Of a stretch of 64,000 bases of DNA, positions 48,597 through 58,373 are shown piece by piece. The stretch is taken from the NCBI GenBank assembly GCA_963727505.1, contig CAVSGP010000009.1, positions 544,001 to 608,000 of the forward strand, read 5' to 3'. Made by a program: the position numbers and the translations under genes. The notes under the pieces were generated by a model, which was not told where the DNA came from, ran no database searches, and worked only from the letters and a program-made list of their open reading frames with translations. Each line of letters begins with the position of its first letter. The first letter of the stretch is position 1. Source of the DNA: an uncultured Trueperaceae bacterium (GTDB lineage Bacteria; Deinococcota; Deinococci; Deinococcales; Trueperaceae).

Positions 48597-50672
48597 TCAG
48601 GAGGTTGCCGCCAGGACCCTGAAGCGGTCGCGCAGGACCATGCCCAGTCCGGCCACCAGCGCCACCACGTTGACGAGCGTGGCGGGGTAGAGCAGCACCA
48701 GGCCGACCGCCATCAGGATCCAGCGCTCCCAGGGCACCAGCTTGTGCATGAGGAACCCGGCACCTCCCGCCGCCAGCAGGATGATGCCGACCAATGCGAA
48801 GACGAAGCGGGGGATGATGATCAGGAGCGCCTGGCCGGTGCTCAACCCCTCGACCACCGGCACGATCAGCAGCGCGGTGCCGCTGTAGGACAGCAGGAAG
48901 GTGAAGCCGATGAGGTACTTCGGAAGCGCCACCATCGCTGCATACAGACCGGTCTGGATGGGATTGGTCTTGAACACCGACGCGGCCGCGTAGGCCGACA
49001 GCCCCACGGGCGGTGTGATGTCGGCCAGGACGGCGTAGTAGAACAGGAACATCTGCGTGGCAAGGAGCGCCGCATGCTCGGGCACGCCGTTGGCCACGAC
49101 GAGCTTCTGCACCGCTGGAGCGACCAGTGCCGAGGTGAGCACGTAGGTGGCGATGGGGGGAACGCCCATGCCGAGCACCAGGCTGAACAGCGCCGCCAGG
49201 ATGGTGGCGATGGCCAGCGACTGGCCCGAGATCGCCAGCAGGATCTCGGAGACCTTGGAGGCCAGCCCGGTCAGCACCATCATGGTCATGATCATGTTGG
49301 CCGCGACCACCGCCCCTCCGATCGGGATGAGGTGGCTGAAGCCGTTGGCCAGGCCTTCGAAGAGCTTGCCGATGGGCGGACGTACGGTGGGGTCGAGGTA
49401 GGCGAGCAGGATGAAGGCGAAGATCGCGAGCGTGACAGTGAGGTTGACCGAGTAGCCGCGATAGATCATGACCAGGATCAGCAGCACCGGCAGGAAGACG
49501 TAGGCGTAACGGAACGCGTAGCTCCGGTCGATCCCCTCGACGGTCTCGATGGCCTCGAGCTTCATCTTGCGGACGTAGAACTCGTTGTAGGCCCAGATCG
49601 CGATGAACAGCAGGACCATCGGCCCGATCGCCATCACGATGATCTGGATGTAGGGGATGGCCAGCAGCTCCACCATCACGAAGGCGATCGAGCCCATGAT
49701 GGGAGGCGTGATGTAGGCGATCGTGCCGACCGTCGAGCACAAGCCTGCCGCGATCAGGCGGTTGTAGCCGGCGCGCCTGAACAGGGGCTCGTTGAGCGTT
49801 GAAACGAACAGCGTGTCGGCCGCGCCCGACCCGGAGAACCAGCCCATCATCACGGCCATCACGCTGGTGGCGCGGCCCGGCGCCGCCGGGCTCTTGCCTA
49901 CCAGCAAGAAGGCGATGTTGGCGATGATCTCGCCGAACCCGAGTGCCGAGATGACGGCGCCCAGGATGGTGAAGTAGACCAGGTACTTGAGCGACACGCC
50001 GGTGATGATGCCGAAGAGGCCGGCCTCGGTCTCGGCGTAGAGCTTGCCGAGGATCATGTCGAGCGGGAAGCCGGGGCTCTGCAGCGTGCCCGGGACGAGG
50101 TATCCGTAGAGGTTGTAGAGCAGGAAGATCAGGACCAGGCTCGGGAGCACCGGGCCGAGCATGCGGTACACGATGCCCAGCACCAGGAAGGTCAGCCCGA
50201 AGGACATGGCGAGGTCCCACGGCACCGGCAGCATGGCCCGGCTCACCAGGTCGTTGAACTGCAGCAATAGGTAGAGGAAGGGTGCCAGGCTGAGCACCGC
50301 CGCGAGCAGATCGAAGGCCCGCGCCACGCGGGGCACGACGGCCGGCGCCACGGCGACCAGCCAGAACAGCGTCGTGGCGAGCTCCACGATCAGAGGCTGG
50401 CCGAGCTGCCAGAACGCGTAGAGGGGCACGGCCGCGAGCAGGGTGAAGATCCAGGACCCGATGCCGACCTTGGTCGGCTTCCGGGCCACCATCAACAGAT
50501 AGCCGGCGAGCACCAGCAGGAACACGTGCGCGGCACGTTGGACCTGCGTCAGGTCGAGCAGCGGGATCTCGCTGTTCGACCAGGGCATGAACGGATGGAT
50601 GACGAGATACAGGTGGTACAGGGTCGCGACCAGCAGGACCCCGAAGGTGATGCGCTTCAGAAGGGCGGCCAC
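48597..50672 (-). CDS. TAXI-TRAP transporter fused permease (4TM/12TM)
   Basis: SGSGAAD, TPPIMG, LGMGVPPIATY and ADITPPVGLSAYAAA motifs. Confidence 0.92.
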   Translation of the reverse strand: MAALLKRITFGVLLVATLYHLYLVIHPFMPWSNSEIPLLDLTQVQRAAHVFLLVLAGYLLMVARKPTKVGIGSWIFTLLAAVPLYAFWQLGQPLIVELATTLFWLVAVAPAVVPRVARAFDLLAAVLSLAPFLYLLLQFNDLVSRAMLPVPWDLAMSFGLTFLVLGIVYRMLGPVLPSLVLIFLLYNLYGYLVPGTLQSPGFPLDMILGKLYAETEAGLFGIITGVSLKYLVYFTILGAVISALGFGEIIANIAFLLVGKSPAAPGRATSVMAVMMGWFSGSGAADTLFVSTLNEPLFRRAGYNRLIAAGLCSTVGTIAYITPPIMGSIAFVMVELLAIPYIQIIVMAIGPMVLLFIAIWAYNEFYVRKMKLEAIETVEGIDRSYAFRYAYVFLPVLLILVMIYRGYSVNLTVTLAIFAFILLAYLDPTVRPPIGKLFEGLANGFSHLIPIGGAVVAANMIMTMMVLTGLASKVSEILLAISGQSLAIATILAALFSLVLGMGVPPIATYVLTSALVAPAVQKLVVANGVPEHAALLATQMFLFYYAVLADITPPVGLSAYAAASVFKTNPIQTGLYAAMVALPKYLIGFTFLLSYSGTALLIVPVVEGLSTGQALLIIIPRFVFALVGIILLAAGGAGFLMHKLVPWERWILMAVGLVLLYPATLVNVVALVAGLGMVLRDRFRVLAATS

Positions 50673-51058
50673 AGCAGGGTGATCTCCAGGCAGCTGTCTC
50701 GCAGGGTGGTGTGTTGGGTGCCGAGGCGCACGTGCATACCGACGACGGTGCAGTAGTCCAGCGACCGGGTGCGCTGCGGCGCGAGCCTTGCGTTGATGCG
50801 GTAGGTGCCGCTGGTGTAGTAGTTCTCCGTCTTCTCGTCGGTGAGCATGCGGAAGTGGTCGAAGCCGGTGCGCAGGTCGAAGCGGATCCGGACCGGGCCG
50901 CCCGTCACCGAGTTGGTGAACGCCACCTCGCCGCTCTGCCAGGCCCACAACCACACGATGTGATCGCCGACGTCGCCGCTCAGGCGCACCGGACGGGCGA
51001 GCGCCAGAATCAGGACCCCCACCACCAGGATGGGGGCCCAGATCAGGCTTCTACGCAT
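50657..51058 (-). CDS. DUF1850-like accessory protein of the TAXI-TRAP operon
   Basis: N-terminal TM; FTNSV.G.PV motif; located between the SBP and permease genes. Confidence 0.65.
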   Translation of the reverse strand: MRRSLIWAPILVVGVLILALARPVRLSGDVGDHIVWLWAWQSGEVAFTNSVTGGPVRIRFDLRTGFDHFRMLTDEKTENYYTSGTYRINARLAPQRTRSLDYCTVVGMHVRLGTQHTTLRDSCLEITLLWPPF

Positions 51059-51061
51059 GGA

Positions 51062-52057
51062 CTACTGGACGGCTCCGACTTCCTTGTAGTAACGGAGGGC
51101 GCCGGGGTGGAAGGGGATGGTGGTCTGGCCCACCAGCTTGGCGGTGTTCGCCACTGTGGTGTCCTTCGACGGCTTGATCGCGTCGTGGAGGTCCTGGATG
51201 TGGGTGAAGACAGTCTTGGTGATGGAGTAGGCGACGTCGTCGGGCAGCGAGGCCGGGCAGGCGAAGCGGTTCCAGAAGGCCAGGGTCTGGGTGTCGGACG
51301 CCGAGCCGTAAGTCGCGGCCGGGATGGTGCCCATCACGCCGAGGCCGGGGAAGCGCTGCATGAAGGTCTTGACGGCGGTGCCTTCGGGGTTGAGCGAGAC
51401 CAGCGCGACCTTCTTGCCCTTGCGCTGCAGGGTCGTGGAGAGCTCGCTGATCGACCCGGTGGGGATGCCACCGGACCAGAAGTAGGCGTCGAGCGTGCCG
51501 TTGGCCAGGCCGTCGGCGGATTCGGCGGCGCCCAGGCGCGACCACTTGCTGAACGAGTCGGTCTTGACGCCTGCAGCGTCGAGGACCAGAAGGCTGGTGT
51601 ACTCGGTGCCGGAGCTGGGCGCGCCGGTGGAGACGCGCTTGCCCGCCAGATCGGCGAGGCTGGTGATGCCCGAGTCGGACGTGGTGACGATCTGCAGATA
51701 GTTCGGGTACGTCACCCAGAGGATGCGCGAAGGCGCCGGGTTGCCCTTGAACTTCTCGTGGGTGCCGTTGTAGGCGACCAGCGCCGAGTCGGGCAGCGAG
51801 AGCTCGCAGTAGTAGACGCCTCGGTTCGGATCGGTCTTGTCGCGCAGCAGCAGGTTGTTATCGATGGATGCTGCGGTCTGGATGGCGGTGGCACTGATGT
51901 CGGTGTACTTCGACAACATCTGGGCGACCTGCGTGCCGTAGTAGAAGTACACCCCCCCGGTACCACCGGTGCCGATGACGATCTGCACGCGCTGGGCGAG
52001 CGCCGTGCCGAAGAGAGCCGAGACTAGGATGGCGATCAGAATCCACGAGCGTTTCAC
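51062..52057 (-). CDS. TAXI-family TRAP solute-binding protein
   Basis: IGTGGTGGVYFYYG, TAASIDN, GKRVSTGAPSSGTE and PFHPGA.RYY motifs; AAGGAGG RBS. Confidence 0.93.
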   Translation of the reverse strand: MKRSWILIAILVSALFGTALAQRVQIVIGTGGTGGVYFYYGTQVAQMLSKYTDISATAIQTAASIDNNLLLRDKTDPNRGVYYCELSLPDSALVAYNGTHEKFKGNPAPSRILWVTYPNYLQIVTTSDSGITSLADLAGKRVSTGAPSSGTEYTSLLVLDAAGVKTDSFSKWSRLGAAESADGLANGTLDAYFWSGGIPTGSISELSTTLQRKGKKVALVSLNPEGTAVKTFMQRFPGLGVMGTIPAATYGSASDTQTLAFWNRFACPASLPDDVAYSITKTVFTHIQDLHDAIKPSKDTTVANTAKLVGQTTIPFHPGALRYYKEVGAVQ

Positions 52058-52468
52058 GCCGACCTCCTTGTGGAATGAACGTAGTGTCCGAGGACCACCA
52101 TACTGGCTACCGAGCGTGCTCGGCAGATGTGTATCCCTTGCACCGGGTACCACGGGTGCGGCGAGCTTCCGTGTGTGCGAGGGCGGTTGCCTCGCGTCGA
52201 GCGGGGGAAGCGAGCGGGCGGCGCGGTCGGCGGCGTCGTCGGCCGAAACGGCGTTCACGGATCGATCACGCATCGAGAAGGACGCCTCGACGAAGGCGAC
52301 CGATCATGACGCCGAACGCAACGATGGCTGTGGGCTTCAACGAGAGCAGCATCGACGACGCGGATGCCGGCATCACAACGGCCTACGTGAGCCTGTCCAC
52401 GACCGATCTAGGGCTCACGCTCGGCGCCGCCGACGTGGTCTGGCTCCCGGCCTCACCGCGCGTCAGTG

Positions 52469-53713
52469 TCAGGTGCCGCCGCCACCACGCCCGCCCCGCC
52501 CGGGCGTCGTGGCGGGACCGCCTCGGCCCGCGCCTCCCGAGGCGCCTCGCGTCTGGGGCGCTGCGCCGCGACTGCCGGTCGCGCCGGAACGCGACGGGGC
52601 GGAGCCGCCCTCCACCGACAGGCCGCCGGTAGTGATGAGCCGCTCGAACTCCTTCGGGTCCACGGCACGCGCGGCCCCGACCTCGAAGCTGATGAGCCGC
52701 TTGAGGTGGAGCTCGGCGAGGTTCGCGTCCATGGTCACCATACCGAGCGAGCCGCCCATCTGGATCTGCCCCGGGATCTGGTGGGTCTTGCCCTCACGGA
52801 TGAGGTTCCGGATGGCCGGCGTGGCGATCAGGAACTCGAACGCCAGCGCGCGGCCCTCGCCCGACGCCTTGGGGATGAGCTGCTGCGTCAGGATGGCCTG
52901 GAGGTTGTTGGCGAGCTGCACCCGTACCTGCGCCTGCTGGGCTTCGGGAAAGACGTCGATGATGCGGTCGATGGCCTCGGCCGCGGTGTTGGTGTGCAGC
53001 GTACCGAGCACCAGGTGGCCGGTCTCGGCGGCGGTGACCGCCGCCCCGATGGTCTCGAAGTCACGCATCTCGCCGACGAGGATGACGTCCGGTGCCTGGC
53101 GCAGCACGCTACGGAGCGCGGCGTGGAAGTCCTTGGTGTCCTCGCCGATCTCGCGCTGGTTGACGATCGAGCTCTTGTGCTGGTGGAAGAACTCGATGGG
53201 GTCCTCGACCGTAACGATGTGCTTCTGGTACTCCTCGTTGATGAGGTCGATCATGGTGGCGAGCGTCGTGGACTTGCCCGAACCTGTGGGGCCGGTGACG
53301 AGCACCAGGCCGCGGGGGAGACGTGCCGTCTCGGCGACCTCGTTGGGCAGCCCCAGCTCTGAGAAGCTCAGCACCTCTTCGGCGATGGTCCGCATCACGC
53401 CGCCCACCGACCCGCGTTGCTGGAAGACGTTGACGCGGAAGCGCCCGTGCCCCGAGAGGCTGAAGGAGAAGTCCAGGTCCTTGCGCTCCTCGTAATTGCG
53501 CTGCTTCTTCTCGTCCATCAGCGCGTACATCAAGCGCCGGGTGAGGTTCGGGGTGAGAGGGTCGTATTCGGTCGGACGCCACTCCCCGTCCAGCCGGAGC
53601 ATCGGCGGCAGCCCCACTGTGATGAGGAGGTCAGACGCTCGGCGCTCGATCGCCATCTTCAACAGGTCGACGATGTCGGCCTGGATCTGGGTGGAACGGA
53701 TCTGGTCACTCAT
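52469..53713 (-). CDS. pilT: Type IV pilus retraction ATPase
   Basis: GPTGSGKSTT, EDPIE, GEMRD.ET, TLHT and AIRNLIRE motifs. Confidence 0.96.
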   Translation of the reverse strand: MSDQIRSTQIQADIVDLLKMAIERRASDLLITVGLPPMLRLDGEWRPTEYDPLTPNLTRRLMYALMDEKKQRNYEERKDLDFSFSLSGHGRFRVNVFQQRGSVGGVMRTIAEEVLSFSELGLPNEVAETARLPRGLVLVTGPTGSGKSTTLATMIDLINEEYQKHIVTVEDPIEFFHQHKSSIVNQREIGEDTKDFHAALRSVLRQAPDVILVGEMRDFETIGAAVTAAETGHLVLGTLHTNTAAEAIDRIIDVFPEAQQAQVRVQLANNLQAILTQQLIPKASGEGRALAFEFLIATPAIRNLIREGKTHQIPGQIQMGGSLGMVTMDANLAELHLKRLISFEVGAARAVDPKEFERLITTGGLSVEGGSAPSRSGATGSRGAAPQTRGASGGAGRGGPATTPGRGGRGGGGT

Positions 53714-53746
53714 GGGCGTCCTTCCCTATGGGGCCGGACCGGCGGA

Positions 53747-56404
53747 CTATTCCGCTGTCCTGGCCAGGACCTCTTCGAGCGTGGTGATGCCTTGGAAGGC
53801 CTTGTGGATACCGTCCTGCCGGAGCGTGTGCATCCCGTTCTTGATGGCGATGTCGCGGATCTCGAAGGCGGACGCCTCCCTCACGACGGCCCTCTCGATG
53901 TCGTCATCGACGACGAGTAGCTCATGGATGGCGAAGCGCCCGTTGTAGCCGCTGCCGCCACACTTCTCGCAGCCCACCCCGCGGTGGAGCTTGCGCCCTT
54001 CCGTCTCCTCTTCGGTCATGCCGAGTCGCCGCAGCACGTCGGGGTCCGGCGTGTACTCCACGCGGCATTCCTTGCACACCTTGCGCACCAGCCGCTGGGC
54101 CAGCACGCCGATGAGCGAGGCAGAGACGTTGAAGGGCTCGATCCCCATCTCTGTGAGGCGGATGACCGCGCCGGCGGCGTCGTTGGTGTGGAGCGTGGCG
54201 ATCAACAGGTGACCGGTGAGGGCCGCCTCCATGGAGATCTTGGCGGTCTCGTGGTCTCGGATCTCGCCGACCATGATGATGTCCGGGTCCTGGCGCAGGA
54301 ACGCTCGGAGCGCCCGGGCGAAGTCGAGCCCCGCCTTCATGTTCACTTGCGTCTGGTTGATGCCAGGGATCTCGTACTCGACCGGGTCCTCGATGGTGGT
54401 GACGTTCACCTCTGGCGTTGCGATGCGCTTGAGGACGCTGAAGGTGGTGAACGACTTGCCCGAGCCGGTGGGCCCGGTGATGAGGAACATGCCGTAGGGC
54501 TTCTGGATGATGTCCTTGAATCCCTGGAAGTTGTACTCGGCGAAGCCGAGTTGCTCGATCTCGGGGATGTCGGTGGCGCGCTTCAGGAGGCGCATCACGG
54601 CCTTCTCGCCGTAGACCGTGGGCAGCGTCGAGAGGCGCAAGTCGACCTCGGTGGACTTGTCGCGGAAACGGACGCGACCGTCCTGCGGCATGCGCCGCTC
54701 GGCGATGTTGAGCCCGCCCATGATCTTGATGCGCGCCGCCATGGCGCTGGCCGTCGACTTCGGCATGGTCATGTACTCGCGCAAGCTGCCATCCTTGCGG
54801 ACACGCACCACCACATTGGTCGGACGAGGCTCGATGTGGATGTCGGAGATGTCGCTGAGGATCGATTCCCGGATGATGTTGTTGACGACCTTGACCAGCG
54901 CGTTGTCGTCGATGGCGCTGGTGTCCTCTTCCTTTTCGCTCGAGGCGGTGCCGACTTCCTCGACCAACGCCCTGGCCAGCTCGTCCATATCGCCGCCGTC
55001 GTGGTAGAAGCGGTTGAGTGTGCGCGACAGGGTGTCCTCGGTGGCGACCGCGGGCTGGATCTCCTTGCCGGTGATGAGGCGGATGTCGTCCAACGCGAAC
55101 ACGTGGCGCGGGTCCTTCATCGCGACGACCAACGTGTTGCCCTCGATACGGATCGGCATCGCCTGGTAGCGGCGGGCCGTTTGCTCCGGGACCAGGCTCA
55201 CGGCGAAGGGGTCCACCTTCACGCCGTCATCGATGAACTCGTAGCCGAGCTGCATCGCGAGGCTGCGCGCCAGCATCTCCGGGCTGATCTTGCCCGACTG
55301 CACCAGCGTGTCCTCGAGCCGGCCACCGCCCGCGCGCTGCTTGTTGAGGGCCTCGTCGACGTCGGCCTGGGTGACGTAGCCCAGATCGACCAGGATCTCG
55401 CCCAGCGGCTTCACGCGTCCCAGCTTCGCTTGCTCCTCGAGCGCCTTGCGGAGCTGCTCGCGCTTGAGCTTCTTGTTCATCAGGAGCGTCTCGCCCAGGC
55501 GCCCCTTGTCGTCGGCGTACATGACGTCGATGCGCTTCATGACCTCGCGCTCGGGCGCTGCCACGAAGGTGACCGGTCGTTGCACGATGGCCTCGATGTC
55601 GGGCATGCGGCGCGGGTCGGAGATGGCGATGACAAGCTTGTCCTCGTTCATCGCATAGGGCACCGCGCTGAACTGCACCGCGTCGAGCCTAAGAAGATTC
55701 GATGCCAGACGCTCGTTGACCGCCTCGGCGTCCAGCGTAGGCTGGAACGGGATCCCCATCTGCTCTGCCAGGAGTTGCGCCAGCCGATCCTCGTCGAGCG
55801 CGCCCTGCTTGATCAGGATGCGGCCCAGCAGGCCCCCGGTGCGGTGCTGCTCCTCCACCGCACCCTTGAGCTGCTCGTCGGTGATGAACCCCTTCTCCAC
55901 GGCGAGTGACCCCAGCCGTTGGCTGATGTCGACCTCGAAGTCGGGCGGGGGTTCCAGACCCAGCTCCGGGTAGTACGTGGAGATCGCCCACTGGAGCTCC
56001 TTCTGGAGCGCCTGATAGGGCTCGACCAGACAGCCCGAGGCATCCTCGACCTCCTCGATCGCGAGGGCGTCGAGCGGATCCTCGAAGGCCACCCGAAGGC
56101 GGTTGCCGTCGATAGCGAAGGGCATCGCGCCGACCTCGAAGGCGAGGTCCGCCGCGATCTTGCTCAGTGCGTCGGGCATGACGTCGACGCGGGGGAGGAC
56201 GACGAGCGGGATGCCGATAGACTCCTCGATGGCCCGCGCGATGCGCTGCTCCGAGATGACACCGATGTGCACGAGGATGTCGGCGAGCCTCCCGCCCACC
56301 TCGGCGTGCCGGCTGATCGCCTGCTGCAGCGACTCGTCGTTGACGTAGCCCCGCTCCAGCAACACCGCGCCCAGGCGCTTGTCACCGATGGACAGGACGG
56401 CCAC
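53747..56404 (-). CDS. pilB: Type IV pilus assembly/DNA-uptake ATPase (PilB; Thermus PilF-type with three MshEN/GSPII regions)
   Basis: Repeated RLGxxL...G motifs; GPTGSGKS, EDPVEY, GEIRD and CxxC...CxxC motifs; GAGGAGG RBS favours the GTG at 56404. Confidence 0.95.
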   Translation of the reverse strand: MAVLSIGDKRLGAVLLERGYVNDESLQQAISRHAEVGGRLADILVHIGVISEQRIARAIEESIGIPLVVLPRVDVMPDALSKIAADLAFEVGAMPFAIDGNRLRVAFEDPLDALAIEEVEDASGCLVEPYQALQKELQWAISTYYPELGLEPPPDFEVDISQRLGSLAVEKGFITDEQLKGAVEEQHRTGGLLGRILIKQGALDEDRLAQLLAEQMGIPFQPTLDAEAVNERLASNLLRLDAVQFSAVPYAMNEDKLVIAISDPRRMPDIEAIVQRPVTFVAAPEREVMKRIDVMYADDKGRLGETLLMNKKLKREQLRKALEEQAKLGRVKPLGEILVDLGYVTQADVDEALNKQRAGGGRLEDTLVQSGKISPEMLARSLAMQLGYEFIDDGVKVDPFAVSLVPEQTARRYQAMPIRIEGNTLVVAMKDPRHVFALDDIRLITGKEIQPAVATEDTLSRTLNRFYHDGGDMDELARALVEEVGTASSEKEEDTSAIDDNALVKVVNNIIRESILSDISDIHIEPRPTNVVVRVRKDGSLREYMTMPKSTASAMAARIKIMGGLNIAERRMPQDGRVRFRDKSTEVDLRLSTLPTVYGEKAVMRLLKRATDIPEIEQLGFAEYNFQGFKDIIQKPYGMFLITGPTGSGKSFTTFSVLKRIATPEVNVTTIEDPVEYEIPGINQTQVNMKAGLDFARALRAFLRQDPDIIMVGEIRDHETAKISMEAALTGHLLIATLHTNDAAGAVIRLTEMGIEPFNVSASLIGVLAQRLVRKVCKECRVEYTPDPDVLRRLGMTEEETEGRKLHRGVGCEKCGGSGYNGRFAIHELLVVDDDIERAVVREASAFEIRDIAIKNGMHTLRQDGIHKAFQGITTLEEVLARTAE

Positions 56405-56882
56405 GCTCACCTCCTCGTAGGATCATTCTTTCAATATGGCGCACCATCCGAGTATGAGGTAGCTTACCCGGCGACAGCGGTTGCACCAGGATCGATCGCA
56501 TCCCGGCGAGGTTGGCGCCCAGCACATCGGTGAACAGCTGGTCTCCTACCATGGCCGTGGCGGACGCCGGCGTCCCGAGACGCCGTAGGGCTCGCGCGAA
56601 AGCGCGGGCGAAGGGTTTGCCCGAGAGCGCCATGGCGTCGACTCCCAGGCGCGCCGCGACCGCCGCCACGCGTCGACGCTCGCCGTTGGAGAGGATCAGC
56701 ACAGGGAAGCCCGCCCGCTTCAGACCCGTGAGCCAGGCCTCGACGCTCGGATCGAGTGCATCGTCGGCCGCGGCCAGCAACGTGTCGTCGAGATCCACCA
56801 CGACCCCCTTGACGCCGAGGCTCATGAGCAGCTCTGCGTCGACCTGGTGGACGCTCGCCACCATGAGGTCGGGTCGCAACAT
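56382..56882 (-). CDS. yqeG: YqeG-family HAD IIIA phosphatase
   Basis: DLDDTL, ILSN, GKP and MVGDQLFTDVLGAN motifs; TACACT 6 nt before the ATG. Confidence 0.88.
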   Translation of the reverse strand: MLRPDLMVASVHQVDAELLMSLGVKGVVVDLDDTLLAAADDALDPSVEAWLTGLKRAGFPVLILSNGERRRVAAVAARLGVDAMALSGKPFARAFARALRRLGTPASATAMVGDQLFTDVLGANLAGMRSILVQPLSPGKLPHTRMVRHIERMILRGGERGRPVHR

Positions 56883-57040
56883 TGGCGAAGTGTAGCATGC
56901 CGACAGCCGCCCGCGAGCGGAAGTATTCACGACGGGGCCGCAACTTCCGGGCATTTGCCCGGCGGCCGGTGATTGGCGGGTGGAGCGGTCGGCACGCTGG
57001 CGTGTAAACCGCATCGCGCCGAATTCTATGGGGTGCCCCC

Positions 57041-57928
57041 TTACGGGGTTCTTACGTGCAACGCCTCCCGCAGGAGGGGTCCGAAGGCCTCGGGGTCGTC
57101 GACCCAGGGATAGTGACCGGCGTCGAGAAGGCTCGTCAGGGCGCGGGGGAGACGCTCGAGGGCGGCTTCGGCCTGGCCGGGGTAGGCGGTGGCGTCGCGT
57201 GTGCCCAAGAGCACCACCGTCGGGAGGCGAAGAGCAGCCAGCTCCTCGAGGGCGTCCAAGCGCCACACTCCCTCCGGCTCGGCGGCCTCGTTCGGCCCGA
57301 AAAGAGCGGTCGCGTCGCTGTGCTCGAGCTTGAGCCGGCTCGAAGGCGATGGGAACTGCATCTGGTCGAACAGACTCTTGGCGTTCACCCAGCCGAAGGC
57401 CTGATCGACGAGCAGACCGGGATCGAGCGTCTCCGGATCGGCGAGGGCGCTCTCGGGCGGAATCGCCTCATCGGGATGGCCTGCCTCGTGGGCCGCTCGA
57501 CGCTGCAGGTCGCGCGCCAGCATCGGCATCGACAGCCAGGGGTTCACCATCACGAGACGTTCGAAACGCTGCGGCGTGCGGCTGGCCGCGCGCACCGCCA
57601 CCTGCGCGCCGAAGCCGTGCGCCAGGAGGGTGGCGGAGCCGATCTCGAGCGCGTCGAGCACCGCCCGGACGTCGTCCGCCAGCAGATCGAGGTCGAAGGG
57701 CGACGCGCTGTAGCTGCGGCCGGCCCCCCGCTGATCGGCGTAGAGGACCTGGAAGTCCTCCAACTCGTCGCCGGCCAGGTCGCGGAACGAGAAGCTGTTG
57801 TAGCCCGGGCCGCCGTGAAGGTAGTACACGGCGGGCGCGTCCGCCCGACCGACCTGTTCGACGTAGAGATCGGCGTCGGCACGCTCGATGTTCAGGGGGC
57901 GATCGAGGGAGGGTGTGTCGTCGGTCAT
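57041..57928 (-). CDS. Alpha/beta hydrolase, proline iminopeptidase-like, lacking the nucleophile Ser
   Basis: LHGGPG, DQRGAGRS and AGHYPW motifs; nucleophile elbow reads AHGFGA. Confidence 0.85.
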   Translation of the reverse strand: MTDDTPSLDRPLNIERADADLYVEQVGRADAPAVYYLHGGPGYNSFSFRDLAGDELEDFQVLYADQRGAGRSYSASPFDLDLLADDVRAVLDALEIGSATLLAHGFGAQVAVRAASRTPQRFERLVMVNPWLSMPMLARDLQRRAAHEAGHPDEAIPPESALADPETLDPGLLVDQAFGWVNAKSLFDQMQFPSPSSRLKLEHSDATALFGPNEAAEPEGVWRLDALEELAALRLPTVVLLGTRDATAYPGQAEAALERLPRALTSLLDAGHYPWVDDPEAFGPLLREALHVRTP

Positions 57929-58155
57929 GCGCCCACGCTCGCGAAGGTCCATACCCTACAACCGTCTGGCGCGCCCAGTTCGGGGAGCCGGTCCGCATCG
58001 GCCACCAGCAGGTAGAGCCCCTCCTGGTCGCGACTGGCCAGCAGTCGGGTGCGGACGCCGTGGCGCTGCAGGCGCGCAGCCAGGTCATCGAGGCGCGCCT
58101 GAGCGGCGACGCCTGCGAGCTCGTAGAAACGGGTCTGCTGGGGGCCGGAAGACAT
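57925..58155 (-). CDS. Small hypothetical protein (76 aa)
   Basis: TACACT 6 nt before the ATG; ATGA overlap with the hydrolase gene. Confidence 0.65.
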   Translation of the reverse strand: MSSGPQQTRFYELAGVAAQARLDDLAARLQRHGVRTRLLASRDQEGLYLLVADADRLPELGAPDGCRVWTFASVGA

Positions 58156-58373
58156 GCCTCCAGTGTAGGGGAGGCGGGCGCGGGGCGGCGTAGGCCGGTG
58201 CGGGCCGCGCTCTGCGGGAACCCCGAATGTGCGTTGGCTCGCTTCCGGGCGGCCGGACCCGCGTGCTAGCATGGACCATGCAAGGCTGATGAGGCGGCGC
58301 GGAGACCCTGGTCCCGCGGCGCCTTCGCTTTGCGGCCCGTCTGGTACCGCCAGAGCCCTCCGGAGGTGGCGTC

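Noticed and set aside
53924..55909. 661-aa plus-strand ORF (and similar antisense ORFs such as 2213-3673, 27501-29417 and 41599-43149)
   Set aside because: Antisense mirrors of well-supported genes with no motifs of their own.
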